Assembly (NCBI GenBank): GCA_945787715.1
Contig: CALZJE010000002.1
Coordinates: forward strand, 12,417 to 76,416
Direction: 5' to 3'
Length of the DNA stretch: 64,000 bases
Source of the DNA: an uncultured Ectothiorhodospiraceae bacterium
GTDB lineage: Bacteria; Pseudomonadota; Gammaproteobacteria; S012-40
Shown: positions 10,258 to 22,068 of the stretch, piece by piece
Layout of the letters: each line of letters opens with the position of its first letter
Position numbering within the stretch: position 1 is the stretch's first letter
Notes under the pieces: generated by a model
Database searches by the model: none
Told to the model about the DNA's origin: nothing
The model's input: the letters and a program-made list of their open reading frames with translations, nothing else
Translations under genes and position numbers: made by a program

Positions 10258-12561
10258 ATGAAGCAAGTAGTTAAATTTATCTTGGCGATGTCTATTCTCT
10301 GTTCGTCAAGTAGTTGGGCTTTATCGTCTTTCAAAATCGAAAGTATTAAATTAGTAGGTTTGCAGGGTATTGCTGCATCGACTGTTTTTAACTATTTACC
10401 CATGAAAGAAGGTGACCTATTAACCGATCAAAATGCCTCTGAAGCAATCAGAGCACTTTTCAAAACCGGCTTTTTCAATGATGTAAATTTGGAACAAGAG
10501 GGTAATGTTCTAATTATTAAATTACTGGAACGGCCTGCCATCGCAAAAATAAAGATCACTGGTAATGATGAAATTAGTGAGGAAGATTTAACCTCCGCGC
10601 TAAAGCGTATTGGTTTGTCGGAAGGACGAATATTTAATCGCTCACTGCTTGAGAAAGTTGAGCAAGAGCTACAACGTCAGTACTTTTCACTTGGAAAATA
10701 TGGCGTAAAAATCAGTTCCAAGGTTCTTCCTCAAGAAAGAAACCGCATTGCATTGGATATTGAAATTGATGAAGGGCAGGTAACAAGAATTCGTCAAATC
10801 AATATTATTGGAAATACCGCGTTTCCAGAAGAAGAGTTGCTGGGTATATTTCAGTCAGGTGCGCATTCAAACTGGTCTGTCTTTACTGAAGATAGTCAGT
10901 ACTCCAAACAAAAATTATTTGCAGATATTGAATTACTACGTTCTTATTATATGGATCGTGGTTATATTAATTTTAATGTTGAAAGCACTCAAGTCTCTAT
11001 TACGCCAGATAAAGATGATGTTTTTATCACCCTTAATATTAATGAAGGTGGAAAATATAGTGTAGAAAAAATTGGTTTGTCAGGCGAATTTGTAGTTCCT
11101 GAAGAGGAATTGCTCAAGCTGATTAACATTGAAGAAAAAGAAGTATTTTCACGTCGTAAAGTATCAGAAACAAGCAGCAGCATTACTGCTCGCCTAGGAG
11201 TGGATGGCTATGCGTTCGCCAATGTGAATACTCATCCTGAAGTTAATGATGAGAATAATACGGTCGCGCTAACATTTTTCATAGATCCAGGGAAAAGAGT
11301 TTATGTTCGACGAGTTACTTTTGGCGGAAATATTAAAACGCATGATGAAGTATTGCGTCGTGAGATGCGTCAGCTGGAGGGTGGATGGTATTCGACAGCA
11401 AAATTAGAGCGTTCAAAAACGCGTCTTATACGTACCGGTTTTTTTGAAGATGTCAATGTTGAGACGCCACTGGTTCCAGGTCGTACCGATATCGTGGACG
11501 TGGTCATTAACGTGACAGAAAGACCATCGGGTAGTATTCAGGCTTCAGTGGGTTATGGGCAGGGATCTGGTGTTATTCTTTCTGGTAGTATCAATCAGAA
11601 TAATTTCTTGGGAACCGGTAATCAAGTTGGTGCAGAAATAAGCAATAACAGAGTTAATACGGTATACAGTTTTTCTTTGACTGATCCTTATTATACTATT
11701 GATGGAATAAGCCGAAGTTTTCGTCTTTATTTACGCGAAACCGATGCCGATGCTGCAACAAGTATCGCAGGATATAACTCCAATGTTTATGGTGGTAGTG
11801 TTAGCTTTGGTTTCCCATTGAGTGAATATCGCCGAGCACGTGTTGGTGTAGGCTTCGATAATACTGAATTTACCTTATCGGATACCCCACCTCAAACCTA
11901 CGACAAATTTGAGGAAGACTACGGTAATAATTTTGATACAATTACCTTAATGGGAACCTGGACTTACGATACCCGGGATCGGGTAATTTTTGCAAATTCC
12001 GGTTTACATACAGTACTGACAACTGATGTAACATTACCCGGTGGTGATCTTCAGTTTTATAAAACCAGTTTAAGACAACAGTTATTCTGGTCGGTGGTTA
12101 AAAATTGGACAATTCACTTGGATGGTACCGCAGCACTTGCCAAAAGCTATGGAAAAACCAAAGCTGTACCATTTTATGAGTATTATTTCGCCGGTGGTGC
12201 ACAAAGCGTTAGGGGTTTCAGGGCAAACAGTCTGGGGCCGCGTGAAGGGCTAAATGATGAAGAGAGGTTAAATAATACCATTGGTGGTACAAAAAAACTG
12301 ATTGGTATTGCTGAGTTGTTTTTACCTAATCCTTTTGCACCAGATAGCAAGTCGGTACGTCTAGCTGCATTTATTGATGCCGGTGGAATTTGGGGACCAG
12401 GGGAGGAAGTTGGTCTTCGTAGTATGAGCGCTGCTTACGGTATCGGATTTACATGGATAGCTCCAATTGGTGCTTTAAAATTTAGTTGGGCTTGGCCACT
12501 AAAAACTCTGACGAGAGACGAAACAGAACGTTTCCAATTTTCTATTGGTGCGCCTTTCTAA
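10258..12561 (+). CDS. bamA: Outer membrane protein assembly factor BamA
   Basis: Signal peptide from ATG 10258 (MKQVVKFILAMSILCSSSSWA), POTRA repeats, and a beta-barrel ending FQFSIGAPF. Conserved position after rseP. Confidence 0.93.
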   Translation: MKQVVKFILAMSILCSSSSWALSSFKIESIKLVGLQGIAASTVFNYLPMKEGDLLTDQNASEAIRALFKTGFFNDVNLEQEGNVLIIKLLERPAIAKIKITGNDEISEEDLTSALKRIGLSEGRIFNRSLLEKVEQELQRQYFSLGKYGVKISSKVLPQERNRIALDIEIDEGQVTRIRQINIIGNTAFPEEELLGIFQSGAHSNWSVFTEDSQYSKQKLFADIELLRSYYMDRGYINFNVESTQVSITPDKDDVFITLNINEGGKYSVEKIGLSGEFVVPEEELLKLINIEEKEVFSRRKVSETSSSITARLGVDGYAFANVNTHPEVNDENNTVALTFFIDPGKRVYVRRVTFGGNIKTHDEVLRREMRQLEGGWYSTAKLERSKTRLIRTGFFEDVNVETPLVPGRTDIVDVVINVTERPSGSIQASVGYGQGSGVILSGSINQNNFLGTGNQVGAEISNNRVNTVYSFSLTDPYYTIDGISRSFRLYLRETDADAATSIAGYNSNVYGGSVSFGFPLSEYRRARVGVGFDNTEFTLSDTPPQTYDKFEEDYGNNFDTITLMGTWTYDTRDRVIFANSGLHTVLTTDVTLPGGDLQFYKTSLRQQLFWSVVKNWTIHLDGTAALAKSYGKTKAVPFYEYYFAGGAQSVRGFRANSLGPREGLNDEERLNNTIGGTKKLIGIAELFLPNPFAPDSKSVRLAAFIDAGGIWGPGEEVGLRSMSAAYGIGFTWIAPIGALKFSWAWPLKTLTRDETERFQFSIGAPF

Positions 12562-12678
12562 CGAGACTTTCATCATTGTATAAACGCAATCTTTAGAGAT
12601 TGATTTAATAAAACTATTTAGATGCTTTGAAAGTGTGATTTACTTCATAGCTAACACATAAAAAATCAGGAGAATAGT

Positions 12679-13188
12679 GTGAGATTACTACCAATATTAA
12701 TGCTTCTAACCGCATCTCTATTTTGGCTTCAAACTGTCAGCGCAAACGATCTAAAAGTCGGAGTGGTTGATATTGCACGTGTGTTAGAAGAATCTCCACA
12801 AGCCGCCGCCGCACGAGACAATTTACAAAAAGAGTTTTCTCCTCGAGAAAAGAAACTGATCGAAAAACAGAAAAAAATAAGAGACAAGGAAGAGCAACTT
12901 GCGCGTGATGGTGCGATTATGAGTAAATCTGAGCGAGATCGTGTAGAGAGAGAAATCATTTCATTAAAACGAGAATTCCAGCGTGATCAGGACGAGTTTC
13001 GTGACGACCTAAATTTCAAACGTAATGAAATTTTAGAAGGCTTACAGCGAAAACTTATTGGTAGTATAAGAAACTATGCAAAGGCAAAAGGATTTGATCT
13101 ATTGCTTGCTGAAGGGGTTGTTTATACTAGCGACACACTAAACGTTACAGAAGATGTGTTAAGCGCAATTAAGAAAGACGCCAAATAA
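12679..13188 (+). CDS. skp: Periplasmic chaperone Skp (OmpH family)
   Basis: 169 aa, signal peptide, K/E/R-rich coiled-coil body. GTG start after AGGAGA. Lies between bamA and lpxD. Confidence 0.85.
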   Translation: MRLLPILMLLTASLFWLQTVSANDLKVGVVDIARVLEESPQAAAARDNLQKEFSPREKKLIEKQKKIRDKEEQLARDGAIMSKSERDRVEREIISLKREFQRDQDEFRDDLNFKRNEILEGLQRKLIGSIRNYAKAKGFDLLLAEGVVYTSDTLNVTEDVLSAIKKDAK

Positions 13189-13204
13189 ATTAATTACAGA
13201 GATT

Positions 13205-14233
13205 ATGGATGTGCATTTAGAAGCTTTAGCCGAGGTAGTTAACGGTAGAGTGATTGGTGACGCTACTTGCTCTATATCTGGTGTGGGAAATTTGGGAGCG
13301 GCCAAGAAAGGAGAGATCACTTTTCTTGCCAATAAAAAATTTGCTCATTTGTTACCTGCTACCCAAGCATCTGCAGTAATTTTAAAAGAGAGTGACATTG
13401 ATACCTGCCATGTGAATGCAATAGTGGTGGATGACCCCTACCTAGCCTATGCGCAAATTGCGACAGTTCTAACACAAGTAGATAATTTACCCGTTGGAAT
13501 TCATCCTACCGCTACTATCAGCAAAAGCGCCAGTATTAATGCTTCTGCTTATGTTGGCCCCAATGTCGTGATAGAAGATGACGTCGAAATTGCAGCTAAC
13601 GCACATATCGCTGCTAACTGTTTTATTGGCAGAAGTTCTAAAATCGGTGAATCGGTTTTTATCAATGCTAATGTTTCCATCTATTCAGAAATTGAGATTG
13701 GTGAAAATAGTATTATTCATTGTGGTGCGGTTATCGGGGCCGATGGATTCGGTTTTGCGCCCAGTAAAGGCGAGTGGGTGAAAATCCCACAACTCGGTGC
13801 AGTCATAATAGGCAAAAGCGTTGAGATAGGCGCAAATACAACGATTGATAGAGGTGCGATTGACAACACTATTATTGGGGATGGTGTTAAAATCGATAAC
13901 CTTGTGCATATTGCGCATAATGTCGAAATTGGTGAGCATACAGCAATGGCGGCTTTTGTGGGCATTGCTGGCAGTACAAAAATTGGCGCGCATTGTACAT
14001 TCGGTGGCGGTGCAGGAACAACAGGGCATATTGAAATAGCAGATAATGTACATCTGGGTGGGATGGCGATGGTGACAAAATCACTTAAGACTGCTGGTGC
14101 CTATGCATCAGGAATTCCCGCAGAACCTTCAGCACAATGGCGGAAAAATGTCGTTAGGTTTCGACAATTCGAAAAATTGGAAAAACGAATCAAATCTCTC
14201 GAAGGAGAGTTGAAAGTATTAAAAGGGTCGTAA
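13205..14233 (+). CDS. lpxD: UDP-3-O-acylglucosamine N-acyltransferase
   Basis: Left-handed beta-helix hexapeptide repeats, 342 aa, conserved position. Confidence 0.93.
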   Translation: MDVHLEALAEVVNGRVIGDATCSISGVGNLGAAKKGEITFLANKKFAHLLPATQASAVILKESDIDTCHVNAIVVDDPYLAYAQIATVLTQVDNLPVGIHPTATISKSASINASAYVGPNVVIEDDVEIAANAHIAANCFIGRSSKIGESVFINANVSIYSEIEIGENSIIHCGAVIGADGFGFAPSKGEWVKIPQLGAVIIGKSVEIGANTTIDRGAIDNTIIGDGVKIDNLVHIAHNVEIGEHTAMAAFVGIAGSTKIGAHCTFGGGAGTTGHIEIADNVHLGGMAMVTKSLKTAGAYASGIPAEPSAQWRKNVVRFRQFEKLEKRIKSLEGELKVLKGS

Positions 14234-14244
14234 TTTTGAATACC

Positions 14245-14685
14245 ATGGATATACAAGAAATCATGAAACTGTTACCTCACCGGTTTCCCTTTCTCCTTGT
14301 TGATAAGGTGACTGAGGTAAAACCTGGTGAAGAGTTGACAGCAATAAAAAACATTACGATTAACGAACCATTTTTTCAGGGCCATTTCCCCATAAAACCG
14401 ATTTTTCCTGGTGTTCTGATTATTGAAGCGTTAGCTCAAGCAACAGGCCTGCTTGCTTTTACCACTGAAAACATCAATTCCGATGATGACTCTTCCTTGT
14501 TTTATCTTGTAGGTATTGACAAAGCTCGATTCAAAACACCCGTTGGCCCCGGTGATCAATTAGTTCTTCACGTGAAATTTGTTAAATCTATGCGCGGTGT
14601 CTGGAAATTTACTGCGGAAGCAAAAGTAGAAGGTGCGGTTGTCGCATCTGCAGATTTAATGTGCGCAGTGACGGATGCAGAATAG
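14245..14685 (+). CDS. fabZ: 3-hydroxyacyl-ACP dehydratase FabZ
   Basis: [12 protein letters not shown]...[10 protein letters not shown]...[14 protein letters not shown] 14245 is preferred, with TTG 14236 as an alternative. Confidence 0.93.
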   Translation: MDIQEIMKLLPHRFPFLLVDKVTEVKPGEELTAIKNITINEPFFQGHFPIKPIFPGVLIIEALAQATGLLAFTTENINSDDDSSLFYLVGIDKARFKTPVGPGDQLVLHVKFVKSMRGVWKFTAEAKVEGAVVASADLMCAVTDAE

Positions 14686-15455
14686 TGATTCATTCAACGG
14701 CGATTATTGATCCCAAAGCAAAACTGGGAAAGAATGTTTGTGTCGGTGCTTATTCGGTGATAGGTGCCGATGTTGTCATTGACGATGATTGTAATATTGG
14801 GCCACATGTCGTCATTAAAGGGCCGACAAAAATAGGTAAAGAAACTAAAATATATCAATTCGCCTCTATTGGTGATGATCCTCAAGATAAGAAATATGCA
14901 GGTGAGGATACACAGTTGATAATTGGCGAACGAAACGTCATTCGTGAATGCTGTACGATCAATCGTGGAACAATCCAGGATCAAGGAGCTACGAAAATTG
15001 GTAATGACAACTGGATCATGGCTTATGTTCATATTGCTCATGATTGTGTCATTGGAAACAATACTATATTCGCAAACAATACTTCGCTAGCGGGTCATGT
15101 GACGGTTGGCGACAATGCAATACTGGGTGGTTTTACTGTTGTTCATCAGTTCTGTCAGATAGGTACTAATTGTTTTACAGGTCTTAGTACAATAATCAAT
15201 AAAGACATTCCACCTTTTGTTATGGCTTCAGGTAATTTAGCCAAAGCACATGGCTTGAATACGGAAGGCTTAAAGCGGAAAGGTTATTCAAGCGAACGTA
15301 TTAAAGAGATTAAAGATGCTTATAAAATAATATACCGATCTGGAAATACACTGGAACAAGCAAAAGAAAAGCTAGAATTATTAAGCGTTGAATCTGAAGA
15401 TGTAAAAATGATGCTAGATTTTCTGAAGAATGTAACACGTGGAATTGTTCGGTAG
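14685..15455 (+). CDS. lpxA: Acyl-ACP--UDP-N-acetylglucosamine O-acyltransferase
   Basis: Hexapeptide repeats plus a helical C-terminal domain. GTG 14685 overlaps the fabZ stop (TAGTG), giving MIHSTAIIDP. Confidence 0.93.
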   Translation: MIHSTAIIDPKAKLGKNVCVGAYSVIGADVVIDDDCNIGPHVVIKGPTKIGKETKIYQFASIGDDPQDKKYAGEDTQLIIGERNVIRECCTINRGTIQDQGATKIGNDNWIMAYVHIAHDCVIGNNTIFANNTSLAGHVTVGDNAILGGFTVVHQFCQIGTNCFTGLSTIINKDIPPFVMASGNLAKAHGLNTEGLKRKGYSSERIKEIKDAYKIIYRSGNTLEQAKEKLELLSVESEDVKMMLDFLKNVTRGIVR

Positions 15456-15624
15456 TTAAGCTTTTATTAATTCCATTCAACTTAGAAAAATCTGTTTATC
15501 CACGAATTAGGGCACACTCGCACTAGGTGTACTCTAAATTCCACACTTAACATATCTTTCTAGGTTTAAAAAGTCCATGTTGCCTACTCGGTCTTGGGCT
15601 TTTTTATTTAGAGGCTGAGAAAAA

Positions 15625-16797
15625 ATGTTAAGAATTGGTATTGTAGCAGGTGAAACTTCTGGCGATATCATTGCCGCAGATTTTATAAACACATTCAAAG
15701 ATAGCTATCCTGAAGTTCAGTTTGAAGGAATTGCTGGTCCGTTAATGCGAGATGCCGGTTGTAAAGCTATTTTTCAAACTGAAGATATGTCTGTAATGGG
15801 CTTTACTGAAGTGTTAAAAAAACTTCCTCAGTTATTGAAAATTCGCAAACAGATTGCAGCACATTTTATAAAAAATCCACCCGATGTATTTATTGGAGTA
15901 GATGCGCCTGACTTTAATCTTACTTTAGAGAGAAAGCTAAAGGGGCATGGTATTTCAACTGTTCACTATGTAAGCCCATCGGCATGGGCTTGGCGTTCAT
16001 ATAGGGTAAAGAAGATAGCACGAAGTTTTGATATGATGCTTTCGCTATTACCATTTGAAGCCTCTTTTTATCAAAAGCATGGGGTTGATGCCAAATTTAT
16101 TGGGCATCCCATGGCCGATCAAATACCGTTTGAAAATAAACAAAGCGCAGCCATCGAAAAATTACAATTAGCTGATAATCTAAAAACAGTAGCACTGTTA
16201 CCTGGTAGCCGTTCTTCAGAAGTTAAAAATATTTTTCCTTTATTGCTTGAAGCTGCAAATTATACCCAAAGGGCACTCGGTAGTGTTAAAAAGGATCCTA
16301 ATATTCAGTTTGTTGTTCCAGCGGCGACGCCAAAGTTGAAAATATTAATTGATGAATTAGTTTTGCAGGAATCAAATGATTTGTCTATTACTGTTGTAGA
16401 GAGTAACGCTCGAGATGCTATGTTAGCCTCAGATGTTGTTATGCTCGCTTCTGGAACCGCAACTTTGGAAGCAATGTTATTAAAGCGGCCGATGATTGTA
16501 ACTTATCGAATGTCTAAACTTAGCTTTCAAATATTCAAGTTTTTTACGGTGGTTGAATATATAGCGTTACCCAATTTTTTCGACGATTCGCATCCAGTTC
16601 CTGAATTTATTCAGGATAACGCGACACAGGAAAATCTAGGAGAAGCATTGCTGGAGCTATTAAACAATCCACAAAAACGTGAGGCAATGATTCAGAATTT
16701 TCAAAAATATCATGAATCCCTAAAACATAATGCCAGCCAACAGGCGACTAACGCCGTCATGAATCTTATTGAGGAAAAAAATGCTGCCACCGTTTGA
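15625..16797 (+). CDS. lpxB: Lipid-A-disaccharide synthase
   Basis: 390 aa with the N-terminus [14 protein letters not shown], following lpxA. Confidence 0.93.
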   Translation: MLRIGIVAGETSGDIIAADFINTFKDSYPEVQFEGIAGPLMRDAGCKAIFQTEDMSVMGFTEVLKKLPQLLKIRKQIAAHFIKNPPDVFIGVDAPDFNLTLERKLKGHGISTVHYVSPSAWAWRSYRVKKIARSFDMMLSLLPFEASFYQKHGVDAKFIGHPMADQIPFENKQSAAIEKLQLADNLKTVALLPGSRSSEVKNIFPLLLEAANYTQRALGSVKKDPNIQFVVPAATPKLKILIDELVLQESNDLSITVVESNARDAMLASDVVMLASGTATLEAMLLKRPMIVTYRMSKLSFQIFKFFTVVEYIALPNFFDDSHPVPEFIQDNATQENLGEALLELLNNPQKREAMIQNFQKYHESLKHNASQQATNAVMNLIEEKNAATV

Positions 16798-17392
16798 ATA
16801 CTCTGAACATCTGAAATCGCTTCAATATGTCGCTGGTGTAGACGAAGTTGGTAGAGGGCCATTAGCGGGAGCAGTTGTCGCGGCAGCTGTTATTCTCGAT
16901 CCTGAAAACCCTATTGAAGACTTAGCTGATTCTAAAAAATTAAGCGAAAAAAAGCGTGATATTTTATTTGATGTAATAAAAGAAAAAGCCCTGTCTTGGG
17001 CAACCGGTCGTGCAGAGGTGGAAGAGATTGATAAGATCAATATTCTGCATGCCAGCATGCTTGCCATGCAACGAGCAGTGCAAGGATTATTGATTGAGCC
17101 GCAACATGTATTAGTGGATGGTAATCGTTGTCCTGAGTTGCCATACAGCTCCACAGCTGTAGTTAAGGGGGATGATCGTGTCGCAGCCATTGCAGCAGCA
17201 TCAATTATTGCGAAAGTAACGCGTGATCGAGAGATGCTGGCCTTGGATGTTAAATATCCTGGTTATGGATTGGCTAAACATAAAGGTTATCCCACTAAAG
17301 CACACATTGCAGCGTTGCAGGAAATAGGTGTCAGTGATATTCATCGTCGATCGTTTGGGCCAGTTAAACGTTGTATGGAAGAGTTGGTGTGA
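16781..17392 (+). CDS. rnhB: Ribonuclease HII
   Basis: [19 protein letters not shown] motif. ATG 16781 overlaps the lpxB 3' end. Confidence 0.93.
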   Translation: MLPPFEYSEHLKSLQYVAGVDEVGRGPLAGAVVAAAVILDPENPIEDLADSKKLSEKKRDILFDVIKEKALSWATGRAEVEEIDKINILHASMLAMQRAVQGLLIEPQHVLVDGNRCPELPYSSTAVVKGDDRVAAIAAASIIAKVTRDREMLALDVKYPGYGLAKHKGYPTKAHIAALQEIGVSDIHRRSFGPVKRCMEELV

Positions 17393-17541
17393 AGCATAGA
17401 TAATTAGCTTCTTAATTCGCCTGGCTATATTTCACGCTCAACTGCTTTTTCTAGGATTATTGATTCACTTTCCAAAATGAAAATGAATTATAATATTCGA
17501 TCATATATTTTTCTAAATTGAAAAGGTCGTTTATTTCTCAG

Positions 17542-20500
17542 ATGTCTCAACGCTTTGTTCACCTCCATTTGCACACCGAATATTCCATGGTTGATGGAAT
17601 TGTGCGCATAAAGCCACTTATGAAGCAAGTAGCTGCTCATAATATGCCCGCTATTGCGTTGACAGACCAGTCTAATTTATTTGGGATGGTGAAATTTTAT
17701 CGTGCGGCAATGGCCACAGGTGTGAAGCCAGTATTTGGTGTCGATATTTGGGTGGCTAATCCAGAGGATCAGGAAAAGCCTCATCGTGCACTGTTTTTGT
17801 GTCAAAGCAACGAAGGCTACAAAAATCTTACGCGGTTAGTATCTCGAAGTTATCAGGAAGGTCAATTTCGAGGTATGCCTATGCTGCAAGCGTCATGGCT
17901 TGCTGGAAACTGTGACGGATTATTGGTTCTGTTGGGTATTCATTCCGATTTAGGGGGGGCGATACTTAATGACAATAATCCAGTGATTGAGCAGACATTT
18001 ACATTCTGGAATCAACTTTTTCCATCGCGCATGTATTTGGAGTTAGTGCGTACAGGACGCGAAAGAGAAGAAGATTATCTCCATGCCGCTATCGAGTTCG
18101 CGAATGCGCATGACGTACCTGTTGTAGCAACTAATGATGTTCACTTCATTGAAAAAGACGATTTTGATGCGCATGAAGCACGCGTCTGCATTAATGAAGG
18201 ACGCGTGTTGGATGACCCAAGACGTCCACGTCGGTTTTCAGAGCAACAATATTTACGATCACCGGATGAGATGATCGAACTTTTTTCTGATATTCCCGAA
18301 GCGATCGATAACACAGTAGAAATCGCCAAACGCTGTAGTCTCGAGCTAACATTGGGTAAAAACTTTTTACCGAATTTTCCTGTGCCGCAAGGCATGACCA
18401 TGGAGCAGTACTTTAATCATCTCGCTGAAGTGGGACTCAAAAAACGGCTGGATAAAATACTCGATAAATCTGCACCAGACTTCGCAGAAAAGGAAGAAGC
18501 TTATGAAAAAAGGCTTCAAATTGAACTTGATGTTATTAACGGCATGGGATTCCCAGGCTACTTTCTAATTGTAGCTGACTTTATTCGCTGGGCAAAAGAA
18601 AATGATATTCCGGTGGGGCCTGGTCGAGGATCTGGAGCCGGATCTTTAGTGGCTTATGCATTAACCATTACCGATCTCGATCCTATTGAGTATGAGCTAT
18701 TATTCGAGCGATTCTTGAATCCCGAACGGGTATCCATGCCTGACTTTGATATCGATTTCTGTATGGAAAATCGTGATCGCGTTATTGATTACGTGTCGCG
18801 TCATTATGGAAAAGATAAAGTTTCGCAGATCATTACTTACGGTAGCATGGCAGCAAAAGCGGTAGTGCGTGATGTTGGCAGGGTATCTGGGCATCCTTAC
18901 GGTTTCACTGATAGATTGGCAAAGCTTATCCCATTTGAAATCGGTATTACACTAGATAAAGCGTTGGAGCAGGAAGAAGCGCTGCGGACACTTTATGAAG
19001 AAGATGAAGACGTCCATGATCTTATCGACCTTGCAAAAAAATTGGAAGGTATCACTCGAAATGCCGGTAAACATGCCGGTGGTGTTGTTATCGCACCTTC
19101 TGCTTTAACCGATTTTTCACCACTCTATTGTGAGGAAGGTGGTGGCAATCTCGTTACTCAATTCGATAAAGATGACGTCGAAGCGGTAGGCCTGGTTAAG
19201 TTTGACTTTTTGGGTTTGCGTACTTTAACTATTATTGATTGGGCAGTAAAAGCGGTTAATGAACAGAATCGATTAAAAGGCGAACCAGAGCTAGATATTG
19301 CTGAAATTAGCTTAGTTGATTCGAAAACGTTTGATCTATTAAAAGCTTGTCAAACCACGGCAATCTTCCAGCTTGAGTCGCGTGGGATGAAAGACCTTAT
19401 CAAACGACTCCAACCTGATTTGTTTGAAGATATAATCGCTTTGGTCGCACTGTTTCGCCCTGGTCCTCTGCAATCAGGCATGGTAGATGATTTTATCAAT
19501 CGTAAACATGGTCGTGCAAAAGTTGAATATCCTCATCCTGATATAGGCCCAGTTCTGCAGCCTACCTATGGAGTTATTCTCTATCAAGAACAGGTAATGC
19601 AGATTGCCCAGGTACTGGCGGGTTACACACTGGGTGGCGCAGATATGTTGCGACGTGCCATGGGTAAAAAGAAACCCGAGGAGATGGCGAAGCAACGGGA
19701 GATTTTTACCGAAGGCGCATTAAACAATAATATTGATAAAGATACCGCAACTTATATCTTCGACTTGATGGAGAAATTTGCAGGTTACGGTTTTAACAAA
19801 TCTCATTCTGCTGCATATGCGTTGGTGTCTTATCAAACCGCTTGGCTTAAAGCTCATCATCCAGCTGCGTTTATGTCTGCGGTTCTCTCTGCTGATATGG
19901 ATAATACTGAAAAAGTAGTGATACTTATTGAGGAGTGTCAGCATATGAAGCTGGCGGTAGATCCTCCAAATGTTAACACTAGTGATTATCGTTTTTGCGC
20001 CATTGATGATAACAAAGTCAGTTACGGGCTAGGTGCCATTAAAGGAGTAGGTGAAGCTGCGATTGAAGCGATTATTCAGGAGCGTAAAGCAAATGGGGAA
20101 TTTAAGGATCTCTTTGATTTTTGTAAACGTGTCGATTTAAAGAAAGTCAATAAACGTGTATTAGAGACGCTTCTTCGTTGTGGTGGCTTGGATGGGCTAG
20201 GACCCAATCGAGCAACAATGATGGAAAGTTTAGCAACCGCTACACTAGTTGCAGAACAATTTACACGAAACAATGCTGCCGGGCAGAACGATATGTTTGG
20301 TTTAATGACGGCAGTTGATGAGAGCAAAAACAACCAACAATGGATCGAAGTTCCAGAGTGGGAAGATAAACAAAGACTGGGTTATGAAAAAGCAACATTG
20401 GGCCTCTACCTAACCGGCCATCCCATCGATATCTATCGCGATGAAATTAGACGTTTTACCAGTACAACAATTGCCAAGCTTCAACCAGACAAGAAGACAA

Positions 20501-21003
20501 AAGTGACGATTGCTGGTTTACTACTCAGCGTTCGATATCTGAAGACCAAGCGAGGTGATACGCTTGGTATATTGACACTTGATGATAAATCTGGCCGGAT
20601 GGATGTGACAGTGTTCTCTGATGTGTTAGAAAAATATCGCGATATTCTGATAGCGGATAAAGTGATTATTGCCACAGGGGAAGTCAGACTTGATGATTTC
20701 AGCGGCCGATTGCGTATGCAGGTAAAAGAGTTGTTTGATATGGATAGAGCACGTGAACAATTTGCCAAAAGTATCGTTATTCAAGTGAGCTCTGATAAAG
20801 CTGTCAATGGTTATGTGAAGCATCTTGCAGAACTGTTACAGCCTCATAAAGAAGGGCGATGCCCCGTTGTTGTTCGGTATCATACACCATTCGCACAGGC
20901 TGCAATTAAATTTGGAGAAGATTGGAAAATCCGTCCTACTGACGATTTATTGTACCAACTGAATTTACTTTCAGGGGAGAAGAGTGTGGTGTTGGAATAC
21001 TAA
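17542..21003 (+). CDS. dnaE: DNA polymerase III alpha subunit
   Basis: PHP domain start MSQRFVHLHLHTEYS, about 1150 aa. The track's TTG 17518 is likely over-extended. Confidence 0.97.
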   Translation: MSQRFVHLHLHTEYSMVDGIVRIKPLMKQVAAHNMPAIALTDQSNLFGMVKFYRAAMATGVKPVFGVDIWVANPEDQEKPHRALFLCQSNEGYKNLTRLVSRSYQEGQFRGMPMLQASWLAGNCDGLLVLLGIHSDLGGAILNDNNPVIEQTFTFWNQLFPSRMYLELVRTGREREEDYLHAAIEFANAHDVPVVATNDVHFIEKDDFDAHEARVCINEGRVLDDPRRPRRFSEQQYLRSPDEMIELFSDIPEAIDNTVEIAKRCSLELTLGKNFLPNFPVPQGMTMEQYFNHLAEVGLKKRLDKILDKSAPDFAEKEEAYEKRLQIELDVINGMGFPGYFLIVADFIRWAKENDIPVGPGRGSGAGSLVAYALTITDLDPIEYELLFERFLNPERVSMPDFDIDFCMENRDRVIDYVSRHYGKDKVSQIITYGSMAAKAVVRDVGRVSGHPYGFTDRLAKLIPFEIGITLDKALEQEEALRTLYEEDEDVHDLIDLAKKLEGITRNAGKHAGGVVIAPSALTDFSPLYCEEGGGNLVTQFDKDDVEAVGLVKFDFLGLRTLTIIDWAVKAVNEQNRLKGEPELDIAEISLVDSKTFDLLKACQTTAIFQLESRGMKDLIKRLQPDLFEDIIALVALFRPGPLQSGMVDDFINRKHGRAKVEYPHPDIGPVLQPTYGVILYQEQVMQIAQVLAGYTLGGADMLRRAMGKKKPEEMAKQREIFTEGALNNNIDKDTATYIFDLMEKFAGYGFNKSHSAAYALVSYQTAWLKAHHPAAFMSAVLSADMDNTEKVVILIEECQHMKLAVDPPNVNTSDYRFCAIDDNKVSYGLGAIKGVGEAAIEAIIQERKANGEFKDLFDFCKRVDLKKVNKRVLETLLRCGGLDGLGPNRATMMESLATATLVAEQFTRNNAAGQNDMFGLMTAVDESKNNQQWIEVPEWEDKQRLGYEKATLGLYLTGHPIDIYRDEIRRFTSTTIAKLQPDKKTKVTIAGLLLSVRYLKTKRGDTLGILTLDDKSGRMDVTVFSDVLEKYRDILIADKVIIATGEVRLDDFSGRLRMQVKELFDMDRAREQFAKSIVIQVSSDKAVNGYVKHLAELLQPHKEGRCPVVVRYHTPFAQAAIKFGEDWKIRPTDDLLYQLNLLSGEKSVVLEY

Positions 21004-21087
21004 GGAACGCATTATTTATGCAGAACTTAAACAATCAGGTATAATCTCCTCACACAATGATGAATAAAGCAAGTTAACAGAACTACC

Positions 21088-22047
21088 ATGAATCTAAATT
21101 TTCTCGAGTTTGAACAACCCATCGCTGAGCTGGAAGCGAAAATTGAAGAATTACGTTTCGTCGGAAATGACTCTGAAATTAATATTTCAGACGAAATACA
21201 GAAACTGGTGGAGAAGAGTAAAGGTTTAACCGAACAAATATTCTCCAAATTAACACCTTGGCAAGTGTCTCAACTTGCTCGTCATCCAAAACGTCCTTAT
21301 ACGCTCGATTATATCGACAAAATATTCACTGGTTTTGAAGAGCTTCATGGTGATCGTGCATACTCCGACGATCCTGCGATAATCGGAGGTGTAGCCTACT
21401 TGGATCACACGCCAGTGATGGTTCTTGGTCAACAAAAAGGCCGAGATACGAAGGAGAAGATTCGACGTAATTTTGGAATGCCTCGTCCAGAGGGTTATCG
21501 TAAAGCCTTGCGCCTAATGGAAATGGCTGAACGTTTTAAAATGCCGATCCTTACTTTTATTGATACACCGGGTGCATACCCTGGGATAGGTGCTGAAGAA
21601 CGAGGACAAAGTGAGGCTATTGCGCGCAATTTATTTGTCATGGCTAGATTGAAGACTCCAATAATATGTACGGTTATCGGTGAAGGCGGCTCGGGCGGTG
21701 CACTTGCTATTGGTGTTGGTGATCGTATTGTCATGCTTCAATACAGTATTTATTCTGTTATTTCACCTGAAGGTTGTGCTTCTATTTTGTGGAAGAGTGC
21801 CGATAAAGCGAGTGATGCAGCAGAGGCTATGGGAATAACCTCGGGACGTTTAAAAGATTTAGAGTTAATTGATCAAATTATTGAAGAACCATTAGGATCT
21901 GCTTATCGCGATGTTGATGCTACTGCTATTAGTATCAAATCTGCTTTAAAAGTACATTTGGCGGAGCTAGGACAACTCAGTAAGGAAGACCTGTTAGCGG
22001 CGCGTTACGATCGGCTCATGGCATATGGCAGATTTAAAGAGCTATAA
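21088..22047 (+). CDS. accA: Acetyl-CoA carboxylase carboxyltransferase alpha subunit
   Basis: 319 aa with [23 protein letters not shown] and [10 protein letters not shown] motifs. Confidence 0.95.
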   Translation: MNLNFLEFEQPIAELEAKIEELRFVGNDSEINISDEIQKLVEKSKGLTEQIFSKLTPWQVSQLARHPKRPYTLDYIDKIFTGFEELHGDRAYSDDPAIIGGVAYLDHTPVMVLGQQKGRDTKEKIRRNFGMPRPEGYRKALRLMEMAERFKMPILTFIDTPGAYPGIGAEERGQSEAIARNLFVMARLKTPIICTVIGEGGSGGALAIGVGDRIVMLQYSIYSVISPEGCASILWKSADKASDAAEAMGITSGRLKDLELIDQIIEEPLGSAYRDVDATAISIKSALKVHLAELGQLSKEDLLAARYDRLMAYGRFKEL

Positions 22048-22068
22048 AAAAATGATCAACCGTGTCCA

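Noticed and set aside
13578-14084. A cluster of short ORFs on both strands inside lpxD, with similar shadow ORFs inside lpxA, dnaE, pycA/pycB, bamA and glnD (for example 1030-1248).
   Set aside because: They are shadow frames of well-supported long genes. The hexapeptide-repeat DNA in lpxD and lpxA keeps alternative frames open.
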